This document shows, one piece after another, positions 41,746-55,372 of a stretch of DNA of 64,000 nucleotides (the first letter of the stretch is position 1; the number at the start of each line of letters is the position of its first letter). The DNA comes from Octopus sinensis (lineage: Eukaryota), in NCBI RefSeq assembly GCF_006345805.1, contig NC_043009.1, positions 63,054,001 through 63,118,000 on the forward strand, given 5' to 3'. The notes beneath the pieces are model-generated. The model saw only the letters and a program-made list of their open reading frames with translations. It searched no databases and had not been told where the DNA came from. Both the position numbers and the translations under genes were made by a program.

Positions 41746-42694
41746 ATATTATTCTTCTCTCAATATAGACCTTCTTGAAAGAAATCCCGGTTCTGAAGAG
41801 AACACACACACACACCGATCTTGAAGATTGGTGTAATCAAAAACCAACAGTGATTCACATTAACTTAGGAGAAAGAGATTTCATTCTTTGTGGCGTCTTT
41901 GGAAATAAAGCATCAAAGAAAAACATCTAAGTTTGGTAATTCTAGTAGAATAGTCGGCAGAAGAGTTAAAGTGATATAACGTAATTTCATGGCCAATAAG
42001 TCTCACTAATTGCTTGTAGAAATATAATTGTTGAATTTATAATTGTGGTGCCTTGTTTCTGAGGCTGTGATTCAGGGAATCTTTTGGTACGGAGGTATGA
42101 GATGACAATGATTTTATGACCTCACATCATGATACATTTATAAACGTCTTCACTGCGTGTGTGGGGTGGGTGGGGTGGGTGGGGGTGGGGTGGGGTGGGG
42201 CTGTGCATAGGATTGCGTTTTTCATTGTTGGGAAGCTTAGTGTTTTGCCTTCGTTTATCTCCATCATCTGTCTCTATGGATGTTTAATAACACGTGTGAT
42301 GGAAGACTTACACTTGGGTACCCTATTTAGCATCCATAAACTCTCTCTTGTGTGTGTCTGTGTATCTGTGTGTGTGTGTGTGTGTGTATGCATGTGTACA
42401 TGCGTGTATATGTGTGTATGTGTATACGTGCATATCGATGTTTATGTATGTATTTGTATGCATATGTGTGTGTGTATGTGTTTGCATGTGTATGTGAATG
42501 TGCATGTATGTGTGTATCTTTGTGTGTGTATGTGTATGTATACATGTGTGTTTATGTGTGTATGTGTGTATGCATATATGTGTATGTGAATGTGTGTGTA
42601 TCTTTGTGTGTGTCTGTGCCTGTGTGTGTAAATGCATACATATTTGTGTGTATGTGTTTGCATGTCTGTGTGAATGTTTGTGTATGAGTGTGTA

Positions 42695-42765
<71 letters not shown>

Positions 42766-43025
42766 CAATATGCCTGTGTGATATGTGTTAGTATATTATG
42801 TGGTGCTTATCTGATTGCAAATATGCATCAATATGGATAAATATGTGCATAGTATATATATGTGTGTGTGTGTGGTGTGTGTGTGTGTGTGTGTGTGTGC
42901 ATGTCATTTCATGTGTGTGTGTGTGATATGTATGCATACCTTATAGGTTTGTATGTAATATAACATGATTGTGATATATGTGGGTGGTATAAGATGTATT
43001 GTTTGATATGGTAATATATGAGTGG

Positions 43026-43081
<56 letters not shown>

Positions 43082-44437
43082 TTAGAGAAGGTTTGTTCTT
43101 GAAATTGCTTATCCAAGTGAATAATGTTGCAGTTGGATGGAGACACCCAGGCAATTTATTCAGCAAATATTTGATAGACACCCAATCTGGTTTACAGAGA
43201 ATATATCAAACTTTCATTATATAAATGACAGCTTGGAATGTACTAACGCTCTAGACACACACACACACACATAGACAAACACATACACTCACACACATCA
43301 TTGTCATCATCATCATTATCATCATCATCATCTTCGTCATCGTCGTCATCATTTAACATCTGTTTGCCGTGTTAGTATATGTCGGATGGTTTGTCAGGAT
43401 CTGGCAAGCCGGAGAGCCACATCAGGCTCCGATTGACGGTTCTGCCATCGTTTCTATAGCTGGATGCCCTTCCTGGTGCCAACCTCTTTACAAGAGTGTG
43501 CTGGGTGATTTTTACAGGGCACCGTCACCAGTATGACTCCAGTATGAATGCTTTATACGTGACACTGGCATAGGTGCTATATAAGGGACACATGTATGTA
43601 TGTATATGTATTTAAGTATGCATCTGTGTGTATATATATGTGTATATATTTACTGCTCTGTTCTTTACAGTGAATTTATTTTTCTGATATATGTTATAGT
43701 GACAATTGTATATATATATATATATATATATACATACATGCATACATATATACATATATATATATATATTTATAGTAAATAATGAATTATATATAATATA
43801 TGGATTTGAGTGAGTGAGTGAGTGGATTTGGTAGACGGAAACTGAAAGAAGCCTATCGTGTATATATGTATGTATGTGTTTGTCCCCCCACCATCACTTC
43901 CCAACTGATGTTAGTGTGTTTACATCCTCGTAACTTAGCAGTTTGTCAAATGAGATCAATAGAATAAGTACTAGGCTTACAAAGAATAAGTCCTGGGGTC
44001 AATTTGTTTGACTAAAGGTGGTGTTCACACACACACACACACACACACACACCTTTTCTGTTAGGAGACACAAGCACTTACACATGTACACACACATGAC
44101 AGTAAGTTCCGCCTACCAAATTCAATTACTAAGCTTTGGTTGGCCTGAGGCTATAGCAGAAGACATCTGCCCAAGGTGCCTCACAGTGGGACTGAACCCA
44201 AAACCATGTTGCTGGGAAGCAAGCTTCCTAACCACACAGCCATGCCCATGCCTGCAAAAATGACCGACAACCCATTGCACTCTCAGAGTGGTTGGCATTA
44301 GGAAGGGCATCCAGCTGTAGAAAGCCATGCCAAATCAGACCAGAGCCTGGCACAGACTTCCAGCGTGCCAGCCTAGTCAAACTCTCCAACCCATGCCAGC
44401 ATGGACAATGGACGTTAAAGGATGATGATGATGATAT

Positions 44438-44890
44438 ATGCATGCTACCCGCCTGGTTCATGGTCTCAAAAATTTGTCCTACGAAGAAAGGCTGAGGACG
44501 CTCGACCTTTATTCTCTTGAAAAACGCCGCCGCCGTGGTGATCTCATTCTCGCCCACAACATCATAAGCGGGAAGTGTGACCTCTCGAAAGAGCTGTTCT
44601 TCACTCCTGCTCCGGAGCGTCGGCTGCGGGGTCATTCCGAAAAGCTCTACCTGCGACGATTTCATCTCAATCGAAGGAGAGGAGCTTTCTCCGTCCGGGT
44701 TGCGGATCCGTGGAACAAGCTGCCAGATGAGATGGTGAAGATGCCGACGACCGCTTTGTTCAAAGCCTCCCTGGACCTCAAGTGGCCTGAACTCTTTACA
44801 TGAACACCACCCTGTACTTAACTCCATGTCCCCCTACATGGCCTTGCTATTTGCTTTTGAGCCAAATTAACTAACTAACTAACTAACTAA
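44438..44890 (+). mobile_element. CR1-clade LINE, 5'-truncated 3' end
   Basis: ATRLVHGLKNLSYEERLRTLDLYSLEKRRRRGDLI..LRGHSEKL..FSVRVADPWNKLP..FKASLD is the CR1 ORF2 C-terminus; short 3'UTR and (AACT)n tail; undisrupted and CpG-rich. Confidence 0.9.
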
Positions 44891-45138
44891 CAATATTGCC
44901 CTTTGTCACTTTAGTGATGTATATATTTCTGCCTCTAGGTTGTAAAATTGTGAATTAGCCACCCATAGTGTTTATAATTTTTACTTTTACCATTTATGAA
45001 ATCAGTTTATGATTTTAACAGAAATCTTATAAACTGACATGGTGAGCTGAGTTTAACCCTAGGCACAGTGAAAGCCATCAATGAGCATTGAGATGCTTAA
45101 GCATCAAAATGTGAAATCATTGATGATCTGGCTGTATC

Positions 45139-46556
45139 TATCAGATCATTAAGAGTGAAATGTCCGATTTTGAACTGAAAGTTTATTTTATTTTATCTCA
45201 ACAAAAGCAATGCACCAAAATTATCGGCACAATTTTGCCATTTTATCGGTAGCTTATTTATGCTGTCAGTGAAGAATTCTGGAGAGCAAGAGGTGATGAA
45301 ATCACGAAAGGCTGTCTTTTGCATCTTCTCCAGATTTGAAGTTTTTTCTTTGCAAAAAGTTGTCTAATGCTTGTAAAACGTGATAGTCAGTTGATGCAAG
45401 GTCTGGTGAATATGGTGGATGACAGAGTACTAACAAGTTCCATTCCTGTAATTTGAGTAGCATTCTTTGTGCAACAAGTAGTTGAGCATTGTCATGCAAA
45501 AGAATTGGCCTGTCTCTATTAACCAATCTCAGTTGTTTAATTGCAAGTTCACTCATCAATATGGTGGATGAGGAATTTTTTCCCAATCAAGCTCTTTGAT
45601 CTTCTGTGATGTGATCTTTGCAGTGTGGCATCACGCATTGTCCTGATGAAACATCACAACTTTTCGATTCACAAAGCGGGTCTTTTTTTCTTCAAAGCTT
45701 GGTTCAAATGCTCTAATTGCTGACAGTAGACTTGGGCATTGATTGTTGCATTAGGTGGTAACAATTCAAAGTGAATTACTCCTTTGCAATCCCACCAGAT
45801 AGAGAGAACCTTTTTCCCATGAAGTTCCCTTCTCGGTTGTGGTTGAGCTCTTTCCCTTTTACCAAGCCTCAGTTTACGACGTTTAACATTTCGATAGAAG
45901 ATCCATTTTTCTTCACCAGTCACAAGTCTATCCAAAATGGGTAAAATGAGTCCGCGAGAATGGAAAGAAGAGCAGATGTCAACTCGAGGTTTGCAGTTGC
46001 TTTCGGACAATACATGAGGCACCCATTTTCCAAGTTTAGGAATCTTTCTACGTTGTTGAAGATGACGACGAACAGTTGTATGGTTTGAACTAAGCTTTAT
46101 TGCCAATTCTTCAACTGATAATGCAGGATTTTCTTCAAGTAATGCCTCAAGGAGCTTATCATTAAACTCAACTGGACGTCCTGTTCGATCTTCATCTTCA
46201 AGGCTGAAATCTCCACTTCTGAATTTTGAAAACCATCTTCTGCAAGTTCTTTCATTCAAGCATTCTTTCCCATAAACTGAATGTATGTTTTGAGTCGCTT
46301 CGGCTGCAGAGTTTCCTTTTTTGTACTCATAAAGCATTATGTGCCTGAAATGCTCTCTGGATACTTCCATGATAAAAAGTGTTTTAATCAACGAAATTTT
46401 AATTCTATTATTCTGTAAAATAATATTTAATTAGTTTAAATGTACACAAATGCATAAAAATAATTTTTAATTCCATTAGACATTCTAAAATACTAATAAA
46501 TTTAATTCAATTTTAAAAAAGGTAAAATCAGACAGTACTTATGTGATGACCTGATA
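45139..46556 (-). mobile_element. Mariner (DD34D) transposon, defective and apparently chimeric
   Basis: ORFs 45669-46391 (HTH, WVPHVL, TGEEKW, WWD) and 45302-45586 (HDNA, HPPYSPDLASTDYH); TA-flanked TATCAG ends at both sides. Confidence 0.9.
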
Positions 46557-46939
46557 GTTACATAGCCATATCACAGCCTCTCTCAGCATCCTGTCTTCCA
46601 ACACCAACAAAATTTCTTCCTACTTCTACCACCACTCATTTAGAAGCATATAAAAAAAGCCACACCTTTCTTTTATTAAAGATTCTCACTCTCTCTCTCT
46701 CTTGTTCATTAGAAACATTGTCAACTGTAGAGAGAACCCTATTCCTTCACTGTTTGTTCCCTCATAATTTCTAAGCACACACTGGAATTGGAAGCTCAGT
46801 CTATTTGCCTCAATGAGTATCTGAAGAACCGTAATATCTCTCCATAACCTGACAAATTCTTAAAAGTACATGTGATTCACTTGTATGTTATTAGTTAAAA
46901 GCTTTCTCCTTCTCTCTCCCCCGTTTTCTTCCCCCTTTC

Positions 46940-47440
<501 letters not shown>

Positions 47441-47599
47441 TAAGTACTTGAGCTGTGGCCTAGCTGGGGCACAACCTTGAAGGCTGTAATCAAACTAATC
47501 GACCCCAGTACTTTATTTTTTCAAGTCTGGTATTAATTTTATCTTCTTTTTTTTGTTGTTGCCAAAGCTCCAAGTTATGGGGATACAAGCAAACCAATA

Positions 47600-48531
47600 C
47601 ATGCTACACCCTGCCTTGGAAACTTCATTAAGGGCTATTTTCTGTCCAACAATTCTGGACATTTTTCTTGAATTGCTGCCTTTAAATTGTCCAGTTGCGA
47701 ACAGTACTTCTCAAAATTAATTGACTGGTTACTTGGCAGAAGCTCATAGTACAGGATTCCTTTCCAATCCTACCAGATGCAGAACTTGACTTTCTTAGGA
47801 TGAAGACCTGCTTTTGAGGTGGCTAAAGGCGGCTCACTTTGCTTACCCCAGAATATTTTTCACTGGACATTGTTGTAACTGATCCCTTTCTCATCACCTG
47901 TCACAATTGCTTCAAAAAGGGTGCATCTTCATTACGTTTATACAAACATAGATGCAATCCAAAAGATTCTTTTCACTCAAATCATGTGGTACCCAGACAT
48001 TGTAGCGATTTGAGTACCCAAGCTTCACTAAGTGCTCATGGATGGTGGATTTTGATAAATTTAGTGTTTCTGCCAATCCCCGCATTGTGTAATGCAGGTT
48101 ATTCTCAATTAAATATCTTGATTTGGTTATCATCTGAAGTGGGGGATCTGCCTGAGTGTTCTTCATCAATAAGGCTACACTCACTAGCTCTAAAAATAGC
48201 AAACCATTTCCGTACAGTTCTGTCAGCTAAAGCACCTTCCCCATACAAAGTGCAAATCTTTTTTGTTGCTTGTGAGGCATTTTTGTCTTTACGGTAATAA
48301 AAAAGCTTCAAATGTCTAAAATGCACATTATAGTCTTCCATTTTCATAGAGATGCAAATTATTTAGTGCATGACATGCACTGAATAATTTTAAACTTTCT
48401 TTTTCAAGAGATAGTTTGAAGTGCGTGCTAATTGGAAATGTAAGCATATCATGTGTTATATGAGTCAATAAATTTGATGTGTTCGAACATGTTGGAACAT
48501 GAACAACTGAAAATTGACATGAACTTTCCAG

Positions 48532-48537
<6 letters not shown>
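47600..48537 (-). mobile_element. Second mariner remnant (5' half, frameshifted)
   Basis: HFRHLKLFYYRKDKNASQATKKIC..YGEGALADRTVRKWF..SGRSP; WVPHDLSEKN; end next to (TA)n. Confidence 0.85.
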
Positions 48538-48585
<48 letters not shown>

Positions 48586-48592
<7 letters not shown>

Positions 48593-49175
48593 TTGCCAGC
48601 TCTGTCTGGCCCCGTGTCGGTGGCACGTAAAAGCACTATCCGTCCGTGTCCGTTGCCAGCCTCGACTGGCCCCCGTGCCGATGACACGTAAAAGCACCAT
48701 CCGCTCGTGGCCGTTTGCCAGCTCTGTCTGGCAACCGTGTCGGTGGCACGTAAAAGCACCATCTGTTCGCGTCCGTTGCCAGCCTCGGCTGGCCCCCGTG
48801 CCGGTGACACGTAAAAGCACCGTCCGTTCATGGCCGGTTGCCAGCTCTGTCTGGCCCCGTGTCGGTGGCACGTAAAAGCACCATCCGTTCGTGTCCGTTG
48901 CCAGCATCACCTGGCCCCGTGCCGGTGACACGTAAAAGCACCATCCGTTCGTGGCCGTTCGCCAGCTCTGTCTGGCACCTGTGCAGGTGGCACGTAAAAA
49001 ACACCCACTACACTCGCGGAGTGGTTGGCGTTAGGAAGGGCATCCAGCCGTAGAAACACTGCCAGATCTGACTGGGCCTGACGAAGCCTTCCAGCTTCAC
49101 AGACCCCAGTTGACCCGTCCAACCCATGCTAGCATGGAAAACGGACGCTAAACGATGATGATGATGATGATGATG
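48586..49175 (+). mobile_element. SINE family C (Meta-domain-like, internal ~60-bp tandem array, (GAT)n tail)
   Basis: Repeated GGTGGCACGTAAAAGCACC units, then GGTTGGCGTTAGGAAGGGCATCCAGC and CCCATGCTAGCATGGAAAACGGACG..(GAT)n. Other copies: 7020-7290, 8085-8595, 12165-12385, 14120-14605, 16490-16825, 17245-17755, 43300-43580, 44270-44435, 61404-61610, 63672-63904. Confidence 0.8.
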
Positions 49176-49186
49176 ATATATATATA

Positions 49187-49230
<44 letters not shown>

Positions 49231-49283
49231 TATACATATATACACACACATATACATACATATATACATACATGCATATATAT

Positions 49284-49318
<35 letters not shown>

Positions 49319-50650
49319 CATACACACACACACAAATATACACATACATATATATATGTATGTGTGTGTGTGTTTGTCCTGTTCTCACTTGACAACTGAT
49401 GTTGATTTGTTTATGTTCCTGTAACTTAGTGGTTCAGCAAAAGAGACCAATAGAATATGTACCCGACTTTAAAAAAAAATATTAGTACTGAGGGTGGTGG
49501 TTGGGGGTCGATTTGTTCGACCAAACCCTTCAAAGGCAGTGCCACAGAATGGCTGCAGTCCAATGACTGAAACAAGCAAATGATAAAATAAGGGACACGA
49601 TAACTAAGCAGAGGATCTCCACAACAGAATGAAAGTTTTCATTTTCTGATCCCAACAACTCTATTAGGTCTGTTGCGGCAGGATGGATTTGGCAGAAATT
49701 TGATATAAATATTTCAACAACATTCACCGTGTAGGAATAATATGGCTGTTCTGAACATCAAGAATATTTTTAATCTATTTATCTTAAAGCAGTGTTTCCT
49801 ATGCGTATTACCTGATTTTTTTCCCCCCATTTGTGTCATATTTAATATTTTTGGTCAAATTTTGGTGAGGTTTATCAGCATCGTTGTTGATCTTTTGTTG
49901 AACAGGCATTTAGTAGCATGGTCTTACTTTTGTATCGTACAAGCACGTCTTTCAAAATATGTCATGATGTAATGATCCCACGTCTAAAAGAGATTGTGCT
50001 CCTCGTCCAGTATTGACATTGTGATCGAGTTACCAAGAAAACATTCCCAAGAATAATAATATTTGGTTGAAAGCATAATGCTTCTCCGATATATATCATC
50101 ATCATTATCATTTAACATTCTGCCTGCTATGCTAGCATGGATATATAATATATATATATATATATATATAAAATACAAAATGGGACAAGTACGCCGGCAT
50201 ACGTACACTTTGGTCTCTTATATGTAAATATATATATGTATACACACACACACACACATACATATATATACATATATAAATATGTATTTGTGTGTATATA
50301 TGTAATCTATTTATATATATATATATATCTTTGTGTGTATGTATAATCTCTTTCTCTCTCTCTCTCTTTATATATATATATATATATTTGTGTATATATA
50401 TATATATATATTTTTTTTTTTACTACCCATAAGGGGCTAAGCACAGAGGGGATGTATGTATGTATGTATGTAAGTATGTATGTATGTATGTATGTATGTA
50501 TGTATGTATGTATGTATGTGTGTATGTATGTATGTATGTATGTGTGTATGTATGTATGTATGTATGTATGTATGTATGTATGTATGTATATATGTATGTA
50601 TGTATGTATGGATGGATGGATGTATGTATGTATGTATGTATGTATGTATG

Positions 50651-50684
<34 letters not shown>

Positions 50685-51197
50685 TGTATGGATGGATGGA
50701 TGGATGGATGCATGGATGGATGGATGGATGTAGATATGTATGTATAGTGAAACCTTCATTATTGCTGTGGTGCTAGAAAAAACAGCAATATCAGAGAACG
50801 AGATGAGCAGAATCCAGCTCCGCATCCTTTCGATTTCAGCTGAATGCTTTCTCAGGTTTTTCAGATTAAACTGAGGACCTACCAGCATTTCTGTCTCCCA
50901 TTTATGATGTTCTAAACCTGTCCATGTTTAGTCAGCCATTTAAGTGGCATCCTGCTGGAAATATCCAACTTTCTTCCATTACAGATGGCAAAACATTTAG
51001 ATACACACCATCACACACATACGCACTTGTGCACTATTACACATGTACACCACTTATGTACTATCACATGCATACACACATGATATCTAAGTCTCTGTAT
51101 GTGTACGATGAATGATTTAAATGTATCAGAATGCTGGAGATATATATATATATGAAGGTGGATGTTAAATGATGATAATATATATATATATAGATAT

Positions 51198-51595
51198 AGG
51201 CACAGGAGTGGCTGTGTGGTAAGTAGCTTGCTAACCAACCACATGGTTCCGGGTTCAGTCCCACTGCGTGGCATCTTGGGCAAGTGTCTTCTGCTATAGC
51301 CCCGGGCCGACCAATGCCTTGTGAGTGGATTTGGTTGACGGAAACTGAAAGAAGCCTGTCGTATATATGTATATATATATAAGTGTGTGTGTATATGTTT
51401 GTGTGTCTGTGTTTGTCCCCCTAGCATTGCTGGTGTGTTTACGTCCCCGTCACTTAGCGGTTCGGCAAAAGAGACCGATAGAATAAGTACTGGGCTTACA
51501 AAGAATAAGTCCCGGGGTCGATTTGCTTGACTAAAGGCGGTGCTCCAGCATGGCCACAGTCAAATGACTGAAACACGTAAAAGAGTAAAAGAGTA
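51198..51595 (+). mobile_element. SINE family A
   Basis: Near full length, CpG-retaining. Confidence 0.9.
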
Positions 51596-51878
51596 TATAT
51601 ATATATATATATATTTGAACAAATAGGTGACACAACATCAGTAAAGAAATTTGAGAAATTTGAGAAGCAAATGTGAAACTGGTTATTTCTCCAAAAATAA
51701 TGTCATTATACACAAAATTTTATATCATTTTCCTAACATGACGATTTGAACAAAAATTTTAACCATATAATACAAGTCTTCTGTAATTTTTTCATTCTAT
51801 TTTGTTTTTCATACATCCAACCATGTGCTTTCACATACCAACCCTCTCACACACCTATATATATATATATATATATAT

Positions 51879-52286
51879 ACTCTTTACTCTTTTACTTGTT
51901 TCAGTCATTTGACTGCGGCCATGCTGGAGGACCGCCTTTAATTGTGCAACTGGAACCCGGGACTTATTCTTTTGTAAGCCCAGTACTTATTCTATCGGTC
52001 TCTTTTGCCGAACTGCTAAGTAACAGGGACATAAACACACCAGCATTGGTTGTCAAGCAATGCTAGGGGTCAAACACAGACACACAAACACACACACGCA
52101 TATATATATATATACATATATACGATGGGCTTCTTTCAGTTTCCATCTACCAAATCCACTCACAAGGCTTTGGTCGGCCCGAGGCTATAGTAGAAGACAC
52201 TTGCCCAAGGTGCCACGCAGTGGGACTGAACCCGGAACCATGTGGTTGGTAAACAAGCTACTTACCACACAGCCACTCCTGCGCCT
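51879..52286 (-). mobile_element. SINE family A
   Basis: Full-length reverse copy, inverted relative to 51198-51595. Confidence 0.9.
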
Positions 52287-52430
52287 TATTTCTTATATAT
52301 ATATAAGAAATAATTGAGATTCAGTTGAATTAGGTACTTAGGTTGAAGCACCAAGTCAGTCTGGTATTATCCATACAGCTCGAAGTAAGGTGAATAAAAT
52401 CAAAATAAGCAACAGGATATCAAGTAGTAA

Positions 52431-52516
52431 TGTAGTATGACCATTTCAAGTGGCTCAATTTAATTGAACAATGCAATCATTACATCAATTTAAATGCAGG
52501 GCTATCATCAGCTGCA
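52431..52516 (-). ncRNA. Hammerhead ribozyme motif (long stem II) at the 3' end of a Penelope-like remnant
   Basis: TGCAG CTGATGA TAGCCCTG-CATTTAAATTGA..TCAATTAAATTG..CTT GAAA TGGTCA TA CTACA; the base of stem II pairs poorly. Confidence 0.6.
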
Positions 52517-52628
52517 CAAATACATTTAAGTATTTTCGAAATTAGCGATTATAAGTGCCTTACTTGAACTTTGATGGTGGAAATTGATATTGGTATCATA
52601 TTTGTTGTAAACTTACCCTCTAGTATTA

Positions 52629-53012
52629 TCTCTCTCTGTATAAACGGCAGTTTGTCTGTCTGCATGTCTGTGTGTCTGTTAGGTTGTACCCTCATTCTGA
52701 TCACGGCTTTCAACCAATTCTGATGAAACTTGACACACACATAGCCCAATGTCATAATTCAAAACTAACACAGCAAAAATTTTGAAAAGTTCCCCCAGTT
52801 CTGAAAAAAATCGATAAATTCGACATGGGGCCGAGAATCAGAAACGCAAACCACAGACTGTCTAGGGGACGCAACTCGACCTTTTTAACTCTCAAAAAAA
52901 ATTTACCATAATTTTTTTTCAATTTTTTTGCTATTTTTTGGCTATAACTCTCTAAAAATGCTTTATAGTTATTTCCCTTACAAACCGGAGCAACGCCGGG
53001 CGATACTGCTAG
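52629..53012 (+). mobile_element. Non-autonomous Helitron
   Basis: A|TC start, subterminal hairpin CCGG-agcaacg-CCGG, CTAG|T end, no TSD. Confidence 0.75.
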
Positions 53013-54074
53013 TATATAATAAAGTCATGGGATATTGGATTTTATGGTGAATTAAATTGCATTGCATATGTTACAAGCTATATGTTTATGGTATGTGGTG
53101 TGCTATATGTAATTACTATCCTATGGAAACTCCTGCCTAGTTAGTCTGACCTCATCATATTTTTGGTGATTAAACTATTTGTTCCTTTCTATGATGTTCT
53201 ACCCTCCTGGTCATATTATGTATATTTGTAATGGCTTTTATGTAAGTAAGTCTCCTAATTATACACCCCCTAGAAACTATAAAATCATATATGTAACAGT
53301 ATCAATAACATTGAAACTTATAAAATCTCTTCGGTCGGAATACCTCCAACTGCCCTCATTACTCCCTTACCTACTACTTCCTCTTTTAGGGGTACCCTTA
53401 TCTCTTCCCTACCTCAAATTTTAATACCCTGTTCTCTTTAAATGTAGGTTATATATATTTCATATCATTTTCTATAAATTCTTATTATTTTGGTTTCTTA
53501 CTTTGATATCCTTACCTATTAAACCCTTTTCCCTTAAATTTGTTACTGTTCTTAAATAGAGATTTTTCAGCTACTAGGTCCATGCAAGATGGTTATACTA
53601 TATCCAAACAAACATATAAATATTTGTATATGTGTATATATGCATATATGTGCATAACCTCTTAACCTCATATCCCTTATAAATTAATTTTCTTGTTCAT
53701 AAATTTTTAGTTATTTAAGCCTATGGGAGATGGTTATACTATATTCATATAAACGTATAGATATTTGTGTATGTGTGCATGTGTGCACATAGATAAATAT
53801 GTGTGTGTATCTGTACACATCTTTATTTTTTCTGATTCTTGGCTTATAATTAATATATAGATAGTATAATTATCTTTCCAGTATTCCATGAGTAAATACC
53901 CAGAGCAGTCTTTATAGAAACCACCTAACAAGTGAATAATTAAGTACATGAATGAATATTAAACTGATTCTATGTAATCTTTCCTTTTTAATGTTGAAAA
54001 TATATATATATATATTCACATTTTACCTATTTTGGTTATGATATCATTTTTGATAATCTTAAATTTTATCTTTA

Positions 54075-54602
54075 TGTCCGTTGCCAGCCTCGCCTGGCCC
54101 CCGTGCCGGTGACACGTAAAAGCACCATCCGTTTGTGGCCGTTTGCCAGCCCTGTCTGGCCCCCGTGTCGGTGGCATGTAAAAGCACCATCCATTCGTGT
54201 CCGTTGCCAGCCTCGCCTGGCCCCCGTGCCGGTGACACGTAAAAGCACTATCCGTTTCGTGGCCGTTTGCCAGCTCTGTCTGGCCCCCGTGTTGGTGGCA
54301 TGTAAAAGCACCATCCGTTCGTGTCCGTTGCCAGCCTTGCCTGGCCCCGTGCCAGTGACATGTAAAAGCACCATCCGTTCGTGGCCGTTTGCCAACTCTG
54401 TCTGGCACCTGTGCGGGTGGCACGTAAAAAGCACCCACTACACTCACGGAGTGGTTGGCGTTAGGAAGGGCATCCAGCCGTAGAAACACTGCCAGATCTG
54501 ACTGGGCCTGATGAAGCCTTCCAGCTTCACAGACCCCAGTTGAACCGTCCAACCCATGCTAGCATGGAGAACGGACGCTAAATGATGATGATGATGATGA
54601 TG
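54075..54602 (+). mobile_element. SINE family C
   Basis: Very similar to 48586-49175. Confidence 0.8.
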
Positions 54603-55071
54603 ACAACATAACAATATTGTTTATAAACAATCACCCCATGACAAAATTTCCTCTGTATTAACATCATAGGTTTTATTAGTGTCTTGCCCCTTTAGCTGGT
54701 AATTAACATCATGATTTAGGATCTTTCCCTACCCAGCCTCCTTTATAGACAGTTACTTTATACCCAATTTACTATTCCTAATATCTTGACATTATTTATG
54801 ACCATACCTAGCCATGAGCTGTCACCTCACTTGCCCTTCATTCCAAACAGACACAGTCATTTAGTCTTAGAGTTAGTAGTTAATAAAAAGACATAAATTA
54901 GAAATGAACCACAATCCCTTACAAGCTATGAGCCCAGTAAGCTTCATGCCTTTCTTGGAAGTGTAGTCTATTCTTAGCTACAACATGGACTTCTTCCATC
55001 TTCTTGCTTTGTTAAAGTATTTGAGTAAAATTATATTAATGTGTCCAAGTGATTAAAATTCTATTTATTTG

Positions 55072-55157
55072 TGCAGCTGATGATAGCCCTGCATTTAAAT
55101 TGATGTAATGATTGTATTGTTCAATTAAATGGAGTCACTTGACACGGTCCTACTGCA
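55072..55157 (+). ncRNA. Hammerhead ribozyme motif (inverted copy, GAAA changed to GACA)
   Basis: TGCAG CTGATGA ... GACA CGGTCC TA CTGCA; perfect 5-bp stem I; part of an inverted repeat with 52390-52525. Confidence 0.55.
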
Positions 55158-55212
55158 TCACTTCTTGACATCCTGTTGCTTATTTTGATCTTACACACAT
55201 GCACACACACAC

Positions 55213-55271
<59 letters not shown>

Positions 55272-55279
55272 CATGCATA

Positions 55280-55372
<93 letters not shown>

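Larger units (their letters stand above)
52320..55197 (-). mobile_element. Degenerate Penelope-like element bounded by inverted pseudo-LTRs, with nested Helitron and SINE
   Basis: Inverted ~135-bp ends each carry a hammerhead; faint GIY-YIG-like traces (NVI..., ggggtgtataattaggagact, about YIGET) near 53230-53330; Helitron at 52629-53012 and SINE at 54075-54602 lie inside. Confidence 0.55.

Noticed and set aside
48586-49000. Regularly spaced ~20-bp repeats resembling a CRISPR array (also 21280-21780, 8270-8590, 54075-54430)
   Set aside because: The spacers are themselves repeated, the context is eukaryotic SINE or minisatellite, and no cas genes are present.
49600-50090. Possible decayed retroelement coding fragment (also 50750-51000, 29000-29110)
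   Set aside because: Motifs are too degraded to assign by eye; needs a frameshift-aware protein search.
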